The notes: generated from the sequence alone by a model not told the origin. A stretch of 64,000 bases of DNA from Selenomonas ruminantium (GCF_902781305.1 NZ_CACZIV010000003.1); one strand, 5' to 3'; shown: positions 29,416 through 40,529, counted from the first letter of the stretch. Made by a program: numbers and translations.

Positions 29416-30333
29416 TTACTTAGCCACAGCCGGACTAGCTGCCGCCTTCTTCTTATCCCCCATCTTACGCAGCACAACCCAGAGCGGGCTGGCAATGAAG
29501 ATGGACGAATAACAGCCGCTGCCGAAACCAATCAGCAGGGCAAACGCAAAGTCTTTCGTCGTTTCGCCGCCGAAGAAGTACAGGGCAAAGGTCGTAAACA
29601 TGACCGTAAACACCGTGTACAGGGAGCGGGTAAGCGTCTGGAACACCGAGGTATTCACTAGATGGTTCACATCGCCGCCGCGGCGGAAATGCAGTTTGAG
29701 GTTCTCGCGGATACGGTCAAAGATAACGATGGTATCGTTGATGGAATAACCGACAATCGTCAAGAGAGCCGCGATAAAGGAAGAATCAATCTGCCGTCCC
29801 GTGAAGGAGAAGACCGCCAACACGATGAGAATATCGTGCACGAGCGCAAGCACTGCCGCCACACCAAAGCGCCATTCAAAGCGATAGGCAACATAGGCGA
29901 TGATGAGTGCCCAGGACACCACAAGCGCCAATACCGCATTGGTAATCAGCTCGCCGCCGATGGTTGCACCGACCTTTTCCTCACGCAGCACATCGTAATT
30001 ACCCACATCGGTCTTAATCGCCGCCATAACGTCTTTGCGCTGTGCTTCTTCCATATCCGTCGTACGAATCATGACGTTTTCGGCTTCCGTCACGCCGGAT
30101 TCTGCACCAGTGAGCTGAATCTGCGAACCTTCCAAGCCGAACTTAGCAAGGCTCGTGCGCACCTCAGCAATCGCCACCGGGCGCTCAAATTTCAAGTCGA
30201 TAATGGTACCGCCAGTGAAGTCGATACCGAAGTTAAAGCCCCGGGTAAACATGCAGATAATCCCGGCCACAATGATGACTGTGGAAATGGCAAACCAAAT
30301 CTTGGAACGTCCAGCAATATCAAGCTTGTTCAT
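29416..30333 (-). CDS. secF: Protein translocase subunit SecF
   Basis: GIDFTGG, HDIL, GYSINDTIVIFDRIRE. Confidence 0.96.
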   Translation of the reverse strand: MNKLDIAGRSKIWFAISTVIIVAGIICMFTRGFNFGIDFTGGTIIDLKFERPVAIAEVRTSLAKFGLEGSQIQLTGAESGVTEAENVMIRTTDMEEAQRKDVMAAIKTDVGNYDVLREEKVGATIGGELITNAVLALVVSWALIIAYVAYRFEWRFGVAAVLALVHDILIVLAVFSFTGRQIDSSFIAALLTIVGYSINDTIVIFDRIRENLKLHFRRGGDVNHLVNTSVFQTLTRSLYTVFTVMFTTFALYFFGGETTKDFAFALLIGFGSGCYSSIFIASPLWVVLRKMGDKKKAAASPAVAK

Positions 30334-31579
30334 GCTTTAAGTCCTCCTTTTTCCACAGCATATAACCGTTGGCACCATAAGCACCGGGATTCTCCGAAAT
30401 CTTGGAGTTAATCATGAGTTTCAGCAGGTACTGCGAAAGCGTGATGGCCGTCAGCATGGAGAGCATCGTGCCCAATCCCAACGTGATGGCAAAACCGCGA
30501 ATCGTACCGGTTCCGAGGAAGAACAAGACACCTGCGGCGATAATCGTCGTGATATTGGAGTCAAAAATCGTCGTAAACGCACGCTTAAAGCCCGCATCCA
30601 TGGACAGACGCAGGGTCTTGCCCTGAATCTGATATTCTTCTTTGAAGTGCTCGAAAATCAGCACGTTAGCATCGACGGCCATACCAATGGACAGGATGAT
30701 ACCCGCTACACCAGGCAGCGTCAGCGTTGCATCCAAGAGATACAGCAGCGCCAGCAGAACTACCGTGTAAGCCATCAAAGCCACGTCAGCGATAAAGCCG
30801 GACAGGCGGTAGAACAGCAGCATGAAGATGAGTACCGCGCCAATACCTACAGCAAAGGCGAAGACGGATTTATCCTTGGAGTCCTGACCAAGCGTCGGGC
30901 CTACCGTACGGGTTTCGATGATGTTAACCTTTACGGGCAGCGCACCACTGCGGAGCACTACGGCAAGGTTCTGCGCTTCTTCGAGCGTCTTCTGGCCCGT
31001 GATTTCAGCACGGCCGCCTAAGATAGGCTCACGCACATTCGGTGCCGTCAGCACTTCACCATCGAGCAGGATGGCAATGGTGCGGCCCACGTTTTTCGTC
31101 GTGAGGTCGGCAAATTTCTGCGCACCTTCATCAGAAAATTCCAGGTTGACGACATTCTGACCATTCTGCTGATTCGTAGCCGCCTGGGCATCCTTCAAAT
31201 CCGTACCAGTAAGCACGGTATTGCCTTCTTCGTCCTTGAATTCCAGCATAGCCGTCTTACCGATGGTCTTAATGGCCGCATCCGGGTCTTTGACGCCCGG
31301 CAGTTCGATGATTACCCGGCGCTCGCCTTCACGCTGAATAATCGGCTCGGTAAGGCCCAGCGAGTTGACGCGCTTTTCCATAATCGTGACCACGCGGTTC
31401 ATCGCGTCATCATTTACCTTAGCAATGTCCGTGTCTTCTGCTTCGAGCACCACATGGGTACCGCCCTGCAGGTCAAGTCCCTGACGAATGGAGAAAGCCA
31501 GCGGCTTTACAAAGGCCAGGAAAATGCCAATAATGGCGACGACACAGACAATCAGTTTCATGAGATTATTCTTTCTCAA
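30320..31579 (-). CDS. secD: Protein translocase subunit SecD
   Basis: GLDLQGG, LRSGALP, GMAVDANVLIFE. Confidence 0.96.
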   Translation of the reverse strand: MRKNNLMKLIVCVVAIIGIFLAFVKPLAFSIRQGLDLQGGTHVVLEAEDTDIAKVNDDAMNRVVTIMEKRVNSLGLTEPIIQREGERRVIIELPGVKDPDAAIKTIGKTAMLEFKDEEGNTVLTGTDLKDAQAATNQQNGQNVVNLEFSDEGAQKFADLTTKNVGRTIAILLDGEVLTAPNVREPILGGRAEITGQKTLEEAQNLAVVLRSGALPVKVNIIETRTVGPTLGQDSKDKSVFAFAVGIGAVLIFMLLFYRLSGFIADVALMAYTVVLLALLYLLDATLTLPGVAGIILSIGMAVDANVLIFEHFKEEYQIQGKTLRLSMDAGFKRAFTTIFDSNITTIIAAGVLFFLGTGTIRGFAITLGLGTMLSMLTAITLSQYLLKLMINSKISENPGAYGANGYMLWKKEDLKHEQA

Positions 31580-31956
31580 GAGATTTCATCCCCTTTTGTC
31601 TTTCGTTTTGCTCTATATTCTTTGACGAAGTCGATGACCTTGTCCCGTACCTCAGCAGCGTTGTATTTATCAGTCTGAATGTAGAGGTCCGCATGGGCTC
31701 TGGCATCCGCCAGCCGCTTATGCTGTACCTCCAATCTGCTTTCATCCCAATATACCACCCGCCGCTTATGGATGGCCGGCATGGTCGCATCAATCATCAC
31801 CAAAATATCTGGATGGCGTTTCGCCCAAAAATCATGAATCCCGGAATGTTCCTGCGCCACATTATAAGCATCAAAGCCAGCCGCCTTCAATCCGGCAACC
31901 AGCGTAGTCTTCCCCGAAGCACAAACTCCTACAACCGCAATCTTCAAGACAATCAC
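31576..31956 (-). CDS. Small P-loop (nucleotide-kinase-like) protein of unknown function
   Basis: N-terminal Walker A GVCASGKTT; stop overlaps the secD start. Confidence 0.7.
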   Translation of the reverse strand: MIVLKIAVVGVCASGKTTLVAGLKAAGFDAYNVAQEHSGIHDFWAKRHPDILVMIDATMPAIHKRRVVYWDESRLEVQHKRLADARAHADLYIQTDKYNAAEVRDKVIDFVKEYRAKRKTKGDEIS

Positions 31957-32002
31957 TCCTATCCAGTTTACATAGATAAAGTAATGGTATATCGTTATTT
32001 AC

Positions 32003-32713
32003 TTAATATGGATAAGTAACTTCCAACTGCTCAATCTTAGGGCTTGATGGCGAACCATCGGTTATCCCCATGACCAGCACCGTCATATCATCCGACGCCT
32101 TTTCCGCATCGAGCTCCAGCGCATAATCCATAATACTCTTGGCGATAAAGGCCACATCCTCTGCCTCATTCTTGCGCACGATTTCCATGATTTTCTCGAA
32201 ATCGGCCGCATGTCCCAGGCGTTTTTTGCCCGCATGCGCAATGCCGTCCGTATAGGACACAATCAGCATGCCCGCCGTCAGCGGCACTTCATACATGAGT
32301 GGCTTCATATGGCGGTTGACGCCGATAGGCTCAACATTTTCATCATACACCGTTTCATACTCCGGCGTTTTGATGATTACCGGGCAGTTGGAATTGCGGC
32401 TGATGACCGCCGTTTCCGTATCGAGGTCGGCACTGACGACCGTCAGCGTGCAGGATACCTTCTTATCCTTCATGGCATAGAGATAATCATGCACCGCCCG
32501 CGCTACGGCCCCATCACGAGCACCATCGGAAATGAGCTGCGTGGCCTTGTTCACCACCCAACTGCTGGTATGGTGAGCGGCCAGCCCATTGCCCTGCCCA
32601 TCGGCAATAATCGCCGAAATGCCGCCATGCGGACGTTCCACAATATCACAGGTATCGCCACAAACTTCCGTCGCATATTTAGAAGTCTTAGCCATGCCAA
32701 TTTTAACTTCCAT
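32003..32713 (-). CDS. Stand-alone SpoIIE/PP2C-family phosphatase
   Basis: CGD, IADGQGNG, YTDGI and SDDMT metal-binding motifs. Confidence 0.85.
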   Translation of the reverse strand: MEVKIGMAKTSKYATEVCGDTCDIVERPHGGISAIIADGQGNGLAAHHTSSWVVNKATQLISDGARDGAVARAVHDYLYAMKDKKVSCTLTVVSADLDTETAVISRNSNCPVIIKTPEYETVYDENVEPIGVNRHMKPLMYEVPLTAGMLIVSYTDGIAHAGKKRLGHAADFEKIMEIVRKNEAEDVAFIAKSIMDYALELDAEKASDDMTVLVMGITDGSPSSPKIEQLEVTYPY

Positions 32714-32753
32714 ATAATACACTCCCCCTCAGCACCCCAAGATGGGCACTCAC

Positions 32754-33347
32754 TTACAGCAGACAGTTATATATCCCCTGCTCCGTAATAATTTTATGAA
32801 CCCGGACATCATGATCTTCCATAGGAATTTTAGCCACCAGCTGGCAGGAAAACGCCAGCGCTATCCGCTTGGCCTTAGTTGCCCGGTCAAGGTAGGCATC
32901 ATAGAAACCGCCCCCCATGCCCAGCCGTTCGCCACGGGTATCGTAAGCTATGCCAGGAACGATGATTAAATCCAGCTCCTCCGGCGGAATCACTTCACCC
33001 TGTTCCAGGTCAGGCGTCAAAATGCCGTATTTCCCCTCCACCAGACTGTCAAAATCGGTAAAGCTCACGGCTTCCATTTGCCCTTTCCCCGTAATCCGCG
33101 GAAGGGCTACGATTACGCCCAGGGAAAGCCATTTTTCCATCAATGGCCTTATCTGCACTTCATCAGCCAGAGAGGCATAGCAAAGAACTTTACGCGGTTC
33201 CTTGAAGTCCGGCAGCGCACAGAACACCGTCATCATGCGGTTGCTGGCCCGCTGGCGGTAATTATCCGTCAACTTGCGCCGGTCGGCGATGATTTTTGAC
33301 CGCAAAGCCTTTTTCTCGGCTCGCAGGTCTTTTACAGCCCCGTCCAT
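32754..33347 (-). CDS. 5-formyltetrahydrofolate cyclo-ligase
   Basis: EKKALR, IIVPGIAYD, RLGMGGGFYD. Confidence 0.92.
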   Translation of the reverse strand: MDGAVKDLRAEKKALRSKIIADRRKLTDNYRQRASNRMMTVFCALPDFKEPRKVLCYASLADEVQIRPLMEKWLSLGVIVALPRITGKGQMEAVSFTDFDSLVEGKYGILTPDLEQGEVIPPEELDLIIVPGIAYDTRGERLGMGGGFYDAYLDRATKAKRIALAFSCQLVAKIPMEDHDVRVHKIITEQGIYNCLL

Positions 33348-33349
33348 GA

Positions 33350-33646
33350 TCAGGCCTGCTTATCTTGCGTGATATTGGCATTGATGGACGCACGGGATAC
33401 TTCAATCACCGTGTTTTCAGCGATTTTCAGCTTAATCACCTTATCGTCAATACCCGCAATTGTGCCGTAGATACCACCGATGGTCATCACCTTGTTGCCT
33501 TTTTCCAAGGTATCGAGCATGCTCATGCGGCGCTTCTGCGCGGCCTTCTGCGGACGATACAAAAGGAAATAGAAAATCGCAATCATCACGAAGATAGGCC
33601 CCCAAGTGCCCAAAGCTGTCATGGTTTCCGGAGTCATAAAAAACAC
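33350..33646 (-). CDS. yajC: Preprotein translocase subunit YajC
   Basis: FYFLLYRPQ, GNKVMTIGGIYG. Confidence 0.93.
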   Translation of the reverse strand: MFFMTPETMTALGTWGPIFVMIAIFYFLLYRPQKAAQKRRMSMLDTLEKGNKVMTIGGIYGTIAGIDDKVIKLKIAENTVIEVSRASINANITQDKQA

Positions 33647-33661
33647 CTCTTCTTTAGTTTA

Positions 33662-34795
<1,134 letters not shown>

Positions 34796-34885
34796 TCAGC
34801 TGTCCATGCGGCCTTATGATAGACCGCTACCAACCATAAATGATACCACAAATCCGGCAGAAACACAAAGCAAGATGAAAAATAA

Positions 34886-34934
34886 CAAAAAAACTGCTGT
34901 ATCCGATTTACATCGCATACAGCAGTTTTCTTTT
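34886..34934 (-). terminator. Terminator after yjfB
   Basis: aaaactgctgtat...atacagcagtttt inverted repeat. Confidence 0.7.
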
Positions 34935-35115
34935 AGGCCTGAATATCCACCATCGTGCCCAGATTCGGGTCAACGGCCAGTTCCTCCAGCATTTCCTCTG
35001 CAGCAACTTCCGTGGTATCCATAGCCATCTTCAGGACCGCCATGCCCATATCCTGCATGGCCTGCCCCTGATGCATGTTCACCGACATCGCGGCAATACT
35101 CATATCCATAGCCAC
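34933..35115 (-). CDS. YjfB-family small putative motility protein
   Basis: MAVLKMAMD...DPNLGTMVDIQA pattern; sigma28 promoter upstream. Confidence 0.8.
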   Translation of the reverse strand: MAMDMSIAAMSVNMHQGQAMQDMGMAVLKMAMDTTEVAAEEMLEELAVDPNLGTMVDIQA

Positions 35116-35158
35116 ACCTCCTCAGTTAACTGAAGCTGCACATCCTTGTGCAATTTAT

Positions 35159-35185
35159 ATATCGGTGAATCCCGACAAAAACTTA
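35159..35185 (-). promoter_or_regulatory. sigma28/SigD promoter of yjfB
   Basis: TAAG-N15-ACCGATAT. Confidence 0.7.
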
Positions 35186-35189
35186 AATT

Positions 35190-36521
35190 TTACGCACGCA
35201 TAAACAGATTAATCATGAAAGCAATGCTCACGAGCCACATGATGGGGCTGACTTCTTTCGGTTTACTGGCCAGGGTCTTCATAAAGGCAAAGCTGATGAA
35301 GCCAAAAGCAAAACCGTTGGCAATCGAAGAGGTCAGCGGCATCATGATGATGGTCAAAAACGCCGGCAGGCCGTCCGTGAAGTCAGCGAAGTTCACCTTA
35401 CCCACTTCACTCATCATCAACGCACCAACTAAAATAAGGGGTGGCGCCGTTGCGTAACCCGGCACAAGGCCAATCAGCGGGGCAAAGAGCAGGGATACGA
35501 GGAACAGTACGGCTACCGTAACGGCAGTCAGGCCCGTCTTGCCGCCCGCGGCGATACCCGCAGCACTTTCAATATAGGAAGTAACCGTGGATGTACCGAA
35601 GATTGCCGAGAAAATCGTCCCCACAGCATCGGTATTGAGGGCCTTGTCGAGATTTTCAATCTCGCCGTCCTTCTTCACCAGCTTGGCTTTCGCCGTAAGA
35701 CCAATGAGGGTCCCCATATTATCGAAAAGTTCCACTACCGTAAAGGTAAAGATAATGGAGAGAATACCATAGTTCCATGCGCCCACGATGTCCAGTTTGC
35801 CAAAGGTTTCGCCCATATGCGGCAGGCTGGTGCTGATAACATCGGAAAAAGCATGCGGCACCGGCGTATACCCCAGTACCATAGACAGGATTGTCGTGGC
35901 AACGATACCGATAAGAATGGCTCCCTGCACCTCACGAGCCATAAGCGCCCCCGTGAGCACCAGTCCAAACAGGGACATGGCTGTTTCCGGCTTGAGCACA
36001 CTGCCCAGCGTAATAAAAGTTGCCGGGTCACTGACGATAAGCCCCGTTCCCTTAAGACCAACAAAGGCGATAAACAGGCCGATACCTACGCCGATAGCCA
36101 CGCGCAGATTCTGCGGAACAGCATTGATGATTGCCTGACGCACATGACTGATGGTCAGTATCAAAAACAGCAAACCAGAAAAAAATACCGCGCCCAGCGC
36201 CACCGTCCAATGCAGCCCCAATACGCCGCAGACATAATAGGCAAAGAATGCATTTAAGCCCATGCCCGGTGCCAAAGCCACAGGATAGTTGGCGAACACG
36301 CCCATCATCAACGTGGACAAAGCCGCAATCCAGATGGTAGAAGCAACGGCTGCTTCCTTAGGTACCCCGGCATCGGCCAGTATATTCGGATTGACGAACA
36401 TAATGTAGGCCAAAGCGATAAAGGTAGTGAACCCGGCGATAACCTCCGTACGTACCGTGGTTCCCTTTTCCGAGAGCTTAAAGAAACGCTCCAGGAAAGA
36501 CTGACTTGCTTGTACTTGCAT
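35190..36521 (-). CDS. NCS2/AzgA-family guanine/hypoxanthine permease
   Basis: APGMGLNAFF, FDNMGTL, YIESAAG, GGKTGLT; purine riboswitch upstream. Confidence 0.92.
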   Translation of the reverse strand: MQVQASQSFLERFFKLSEKGTTVRTEVIAGFTTFIALAYIMFVNPNILADAGVPKEAAVASTIWIAALSTLMMGVFANYPVALAPGMGLNAFFAYYVCGVLGLHWTVALGAVFFSGLLFLILTISHVRQAIINAVPQNLRVAIGVGIGLFIAFVGLKGTGLIVSDPATFITLGSVLKPETAMSLFGLVLTGALMAREVQGAILIGIVATTILSMVLGYTPVPHAFSDVISTSLPHMGETFGKLDIVGAWNYGILSIIFTFTVVELFDNMGTLIGLTAKAKLVKKDGEIENLDKALNTDAVGTIFSAIFGTSTVTSYIESAAGIAAGGKTGLTAVTVAVLFLVSLLFAPLIGLVPGYATAPPLILVGALMMSEVGKVNFADFTDGLPAFLTIIMMPLTSSIANGFAFGFISFAFMKTLASKPKEVSPIMWLVSIAFMINLFMRA

Positions 36522-36620
36522 AAAAAATAATAGCCTCCTCTTTCTTGGCAGGAAATCATCCATCGTCACCAAGAAAAAAGAAGCCATTCACTTATCCAAT
36601 ATGTCGGTCATGCTCCATCT

Positions 36621-36692
36621 TTCTTGTAGACTGTGACAATTTACGGTTGCCTGTAGAAACGCCCGCACCTTATCAGCGGGCTTATACAAGAA
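36621..36692 (-). ncRNA. Purine (guanine-class, C74) riboswitch aptamer
   Basis: P1 UUCUUGUA/UACAAGAA, P2 GCCCGC/GCGGGC with GAUAAGG loop, J2/3 GUUUCUAC, L3 CCGUAAA; a downstream hairpin (about 36533-36593) can sequester the GAGGAGG RBS. Confidence 0.9.
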
Positions 36693-36858
36693 TTGAATAA
36701 CATGAGCATAACAAAGATTAGGACATATGTCAATTTATTAGAAAATTAGCAATCAAATGCCAATGAAAAATTATTCTTCTGCCCATAAGCAGGATTTTGT
36801 GGTACAATGGTATAATAGTATGATTATACATTGCTTGATTGCCGATTTGGAGGAATTT

Positions 36859-37968
36859 ATGCAGGACTTGAGAGTTTTCGTTATCGACAACTCCATAATA
36901 TTCCAGAACTCCCTGGTGCAGGAACTGACCAAAAAGCTCCCCAGCGGCAGTTTGGTGGAGCACGCAGCTCAGCCCGCTGATGCCTTGGATAAGCTGTCTA
37001 TGTTTAATCCCACCACCATCGTACTGAATTTTGCGCTTGGTTCTCTGCTCGTAAAACAGGAGAAGTTTTTGCCGCTATTGGTCAAGACCTTCCCCAAAGT
37101 TCCCATTATCACCTATGGTATATTGGAAAGCGGCGAAAAGGCAGCAAAAATCCTCGGTGCCTCCCATTACTTGAAAAAACCCTCCATTGGCCAGCCCGCC
37201 GATGCGTTTTATGATAACCTGGTCAGCACACTGCTAGCTGCCCAAAGCAAACCATCCCCCACTTTTACGCACAGTACCAGCATTGGCAGCAACGCTGCAG
37301 CCCCCCGCAGTATTTGGCCTGTCTCCAAACCAGTTCAAACACCACTGAAATCAGTTCCATCTCCCAGCGCCCCCATCATTATGCCCTCCGCCAATGCAGG
37401 CCCTATTGACCTCATTGCTATAGGCGCATCTACTGGCGGCACCGAGGCCCTATCGGCCATCATCACCCGTTTAGAGCCGCCCCTGCCGGGAATTGTCATC
37501 GTCCAGCACATCCCGCCCATGTTCTCCCGGCTCTTTTCTGAGCGTCTGAACTCGGAATGCAAGCTGACGGTCAAGGAAGCGGCCAGCGGGGATGTGGTCA
37601 TGCCCAATCATGTCTACATTGCTCCCGGCGCCAAGCACATGACCATTTCCCGCATGGGCAGCCGCTATATACTCGATTGCAAGCCTGGCCCGCCCGTACA
37701 CAGCGTCTGTCCTTCGGTAGACGTGCTCTTTGACACCGTGGCAGATGTGGCCGGCAGCCGTGCCCTCGGCATAATCCTCACCGGCATTGGCCGGGACGGC
37801 GCGGCAGGACTCCTAAAAATGCGCCAGAAGGGTTCGCCCACCATTGGACAGGATGCGGCAACATCCACCGTCTACGGCATGCCGAAATCAGCCTTTGAAA
37901 TCGGTGCCGTACAACAGCAGCTGCCGCTTCTGAGCATCCCCCAGGCCATCTATAAAATCGTACGCTAA
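36859..37968 (+). CDS. cheB: CheB-like methylesterase with a degenerate receiver domain
   Basis: Catalytic GASTGG, VQHIP, GIGRDG; receiver has IDNS and VLNF in place of DD and the phospho-Asp. Confidence 0.85.
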   Translation: MQDLRVFVIDNSIIFQNSLVQELTKKLPSGSLVEHAAQPADALDKLSMFNPTTIVLNFALGSLLVKQEKFLPLLVKTFPKVPIITYGILESGEKAAKILGASHYLKKPSIGQPADAFYDNLVSTLLAAQSKPSPTFTHSTSIGSNAAAPRSIWPVSKPVQTPLKSVPSPSAPIIMPSANAGPIDLIAIGASTGGTEALSAIITRLEPPLPGIVIVQHIPPMFSRLFSERLNSECKLTVKEAASGDVVMPNHVYIAPGAKHMTISRMGSRYILDCKPGPPVHSVCPSVDVLFDTVADVAGSRALGIILTGIGRDGAAGLLKMRQKGSPTIGQDAATSTVYGMPKSAFEIGAVQQQLPLLSIPQAIYKIVR

Positions 37969-37970
37969 CC

Positions 37971-37998
37971 AGCCTTCCTCAAGGGGAAGGCTTTTTTT
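37971..37998 (+). terminator. Intrinsic terminator after cheB
   Basis: agccttcc-tcaagg-ggaaggct followed by a T run. Confidence 0.85.
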
Positions 37999-38007
37999 CG
38001 TTAGAGA

Positions 38008-38033
38008 AGGAATTTTCATCAATAAAGGCGAAA
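38008..38033 (+). promoter_or_regulatory. Putative sigmaH-type promoter
   Basis: AGGA-N18-GAAA upstream of the permease-kinase pair. Confidence 0.45.
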
Positions 38034-38089
38034 TTATCTAAAAATATTATTTTGTCAGCAAGCTCAAAAATTGGAAGGAGCGTTGTTAT

Positions 38090-40519
38090 ATGGATAATCG
38101 CACAAGGAGTAACTTGCTATCCCCCCTGCATGTCTGGGCTTTATCGCTGGGCTGTGCCGTGGGCTGGGGCGCCTTCATGGTGCCGGCTAATCTCTTTATT
38201 CCCACTGCCGGGCCACTGGGCACCACGATTGCCATGGCCATCAGTACCGCACTCCTGTTGGTCATCGCTGCCAATTTCTGTCGGCTGGCAGAAAAATATC
38301 AGGATGACGGCGGCATTGTGGCTTATGTGCGCAATATCATCGGCCATGACCATGCGTTTTTGGCAGCCTGGATTTTGCTCATCGCCTACCTTTCCATTCT
38401 TTGGGCAAACGCTACAGCCAATGTGCTGCTGGCACGATTTTTGCTGGGTGATTTTCTTTCCTGGGGCTATCTCTATACCATTGCCGATTTTGATATTTAC
38501 TTTGGCGAGGTAGCCGCCACCTGGATGTTCATCATCATCTTTGGACTACTGGCGGGCTATGGCGGCAAGCTGCTCAAATACTTCAACACCTTCTGCGCCA
38601 TCGTCTTCTTCCTGTCCGTGGTCGTCCTATACATCGCGCTGGTCAAGGAAACCGGCATGTATACCTACAGCCCGGCATTCCAGTATTACACCAATCCCGC
38701 TATGCAGGTATTCAGCATGGTAATGCTGGCGCCCTGGATGTTCTTCGGTTTTGAAGCCGTCACCCATGCCTGTGATGATTTTAACGTCTCTTACCAAAAG
38801 CTCTTTCCCATCGTAACGGCAGCGGTGCTCGCCGGCGGTCTTATCTATATTCTCCTTGCCGATATGGCGGTTATGGCGATTCCCCCGGAGTTTTCCTCCT
38901 GGACGAGTTATATCGCCCAGCGCCCCAATCTGGAAGGATTAGCCGGACTGCCGGTCTTCCACAGTGTCTATTCAGTCTTTGGCTATAACGGACTGGGACT
39001 GCTCTGCGTATCCATTGCCACCGCCATTATGACCAGCCTGATGGGACTTTACCGCACCTGCGGACGACTCTTGCAGTTTATGGGCCGCAGCGAAGTCCTG
39101 CCTGTCTGGTTCACCCGCAAGACTGCCGACGAAACGCCCCGCAATGCCATTTTATTCCTCATGCTGATTTCCCTGCTGATTCCGCTGCTCGGACGCGTAT
39201 CCATCGTCTGGCTCTGCGATGTCATCACGGTTGTCGGCTCGATTGCCTACGGCTATGCCTCCTACTGCGCCTACCTTTTGGCCAAAAAAGAAGGGCATAA
39301 ACGCGGTCAGGCCTTTGGCCTTGTCGGCATCTTTATCTCCTGCCTGTTCTTCTTCTGCCCCCTGCTTCCCGGACTTTTGCTGGGCGGCTCACTTGACACA
39401 GAATCCTATCTTATGCTGTCTGTATGGAGTCTTATCGGCTTTGCCTATTATTGGTACGTATTCAAGCACGACCCCCATAACCGCTTTGGCCACAGCACCT
39501 CCATGTGCATTATGATTCTGTTCCTGAACTTCTTTTCCAACAGCATCTGGCTGCGTCAGGTTATGGAACAGCGCCTGCAGGAAGCTGCCGCGGGCAATGT
39601 CCAGACGGACTACAGCGAACTTGCCACAGACAGCTTTGTGCAGATGGCCATGATTTTGATTATCCTGCTCCTGATGGCCAATATCTTCATCACGCTGAAG
39701 CGGCGGGAGCGAAGCATGACGGATACGCTGCTGCAGCAGCATGCCGTCAATCATGCGCAAAATACCTATCTGCGCAACTTAGCGCACGATATCCGCATTC
39801 CTATGGAAGCTGCCCAAACCTCCGTCCATCATTCACTGGAAAACTGCACCATCTGTTCCGCCTGCCCGGAGGAAAACTGTCCCCGGCGCATTCCTGACCG
39901 GCTCAGCAATTGCCTCGGCCAGTTAGACAATCATACACAGTATCTCATGCAGCTCATCAACGATATGCTGGCCAAAGGCAGCAAGGATATGGGTGATGCG
40001 GAAGCCGGCACCTTCGAGCTCGATACTGCGCCAATGGACTGGCGGCGCACCTTGCAGCATATCAAGGATATCTTTGCCCTGCAGCTGCAGGATAAAAACA
40101 TCTTCTTTGAAGTCTATCCCATTGAGCTGTCCCATCCCAATGTGCTTTGCGACGAGCAGCGGCTCGAACGCATCCTCATCAATCTCGTGAGCAATGCCTG
40201 TGAATTCACCCCCACAGGCGGCGGCGTGATGGTGACGCTCATGGAAAAAGAGGCCGCCACCATCCTTAACCATCAAGGACAGACCGTACGGGGTGCTGTT
40301 TACGAGATTCATGTCAACGATTCCGGAGCGGCTATCCCCCCGGATGTCGCTGCCCATATAGCCGAACCCTTTGAAGTAGAAGGCACAAACCTTGGCGGAA
40401 TCTGCATTGCCAAAATGCTCGTCTCCCTCTTAGGCGGCACCTTGGCCATCAGCACCGCCCCAGGCCAGAGCATCGGCAAGGATATCGTTGTTACCTTAAA
40501 CCTGCCGCTGGCAGAATGA
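38090..40519 (+). CDS. APC amino-acid permease fused to a HisKA/HATPase-like domain (copy 1)
   Basis: Multi-TM APC region (GCAVGWGAF, FFGFE); AHDIRIPM H-box; NLVSNA N-box; degenerate G boxes. Confidence 0.8.
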   Translation: MDNRTRSNLLSPLHVWALSLGCAVGWGAFMVPANLFIPTAGPLGTTIAMAISTALLLVIAANFCRLAEKYQDDGGIVAYVRNIIGHDHAFLAAWILLIAYLSILWANATANVLLARFLLGDFLSWGYLYTIADFDIYFGEVAATWMFIIIFGLLAGYGGKLLKYFNTFCAIVFFLSVVVLYIALVKETGMYTYSPAFQYYTNPAMQVFSMVMLAPWMFFGFEAVTHACDDFNVSYQKLFPIVTAAVLAGGLIYILLADMAVMAIPPEFSSWTSYIAQRPNLEGLAGLPVFHSVYSVFGYNGLGLLCVSIATAIMTSLMGLYRTCGRLLQFMGRSEVLPVWFTRKTADETPRNAILFLMLISLLIPLLGRVSIVWLCDVITVVGSIAYGYASYCAYLLAKKEGHKRGQAFGLVGIFISCLFFFCPLLPGLLLGGSLDTESYLMLSVWSLIGFAYYWYVFKHDPHNRFGHSTSMCIMILFLNFFSNSIWLRQVMEQRLQEAAAGNVQTDYSELATDSFVQMAMILIILLLMANIFITLKRRERSMTDTLLQQHAVNHAQNTYLRNLAHDIRIPMEAAQTSVHHSLENCTICSACPEENCPRRIPDRLSNCLGQLDNHTQYLMQLINDMLAKGSKDMGDAEAGTFELDTAPMDWRRTLQHIKDIFALQLQDKNIFFEVYPIELSHPNVLCDEQRLERILINLVSNACEFTPTGGGVMVTLMEKEAATILNHQGQTVRGAVYEIHVNDSGAAIPPDVAAHIAEPFEVEGTNLGGICIAKMLVSLLGGTLAISTAPGQSIGKDIVVTLNLPLAE

Positions 40520-40529
40520 TAAAGGAGTC

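Noticed and set aside
28792-29512. Short ORFs over the repeat array (68, 84 and 67 aa)
   Set aside because: They are translations of the repeats with no RBS and no frame conserved between units.
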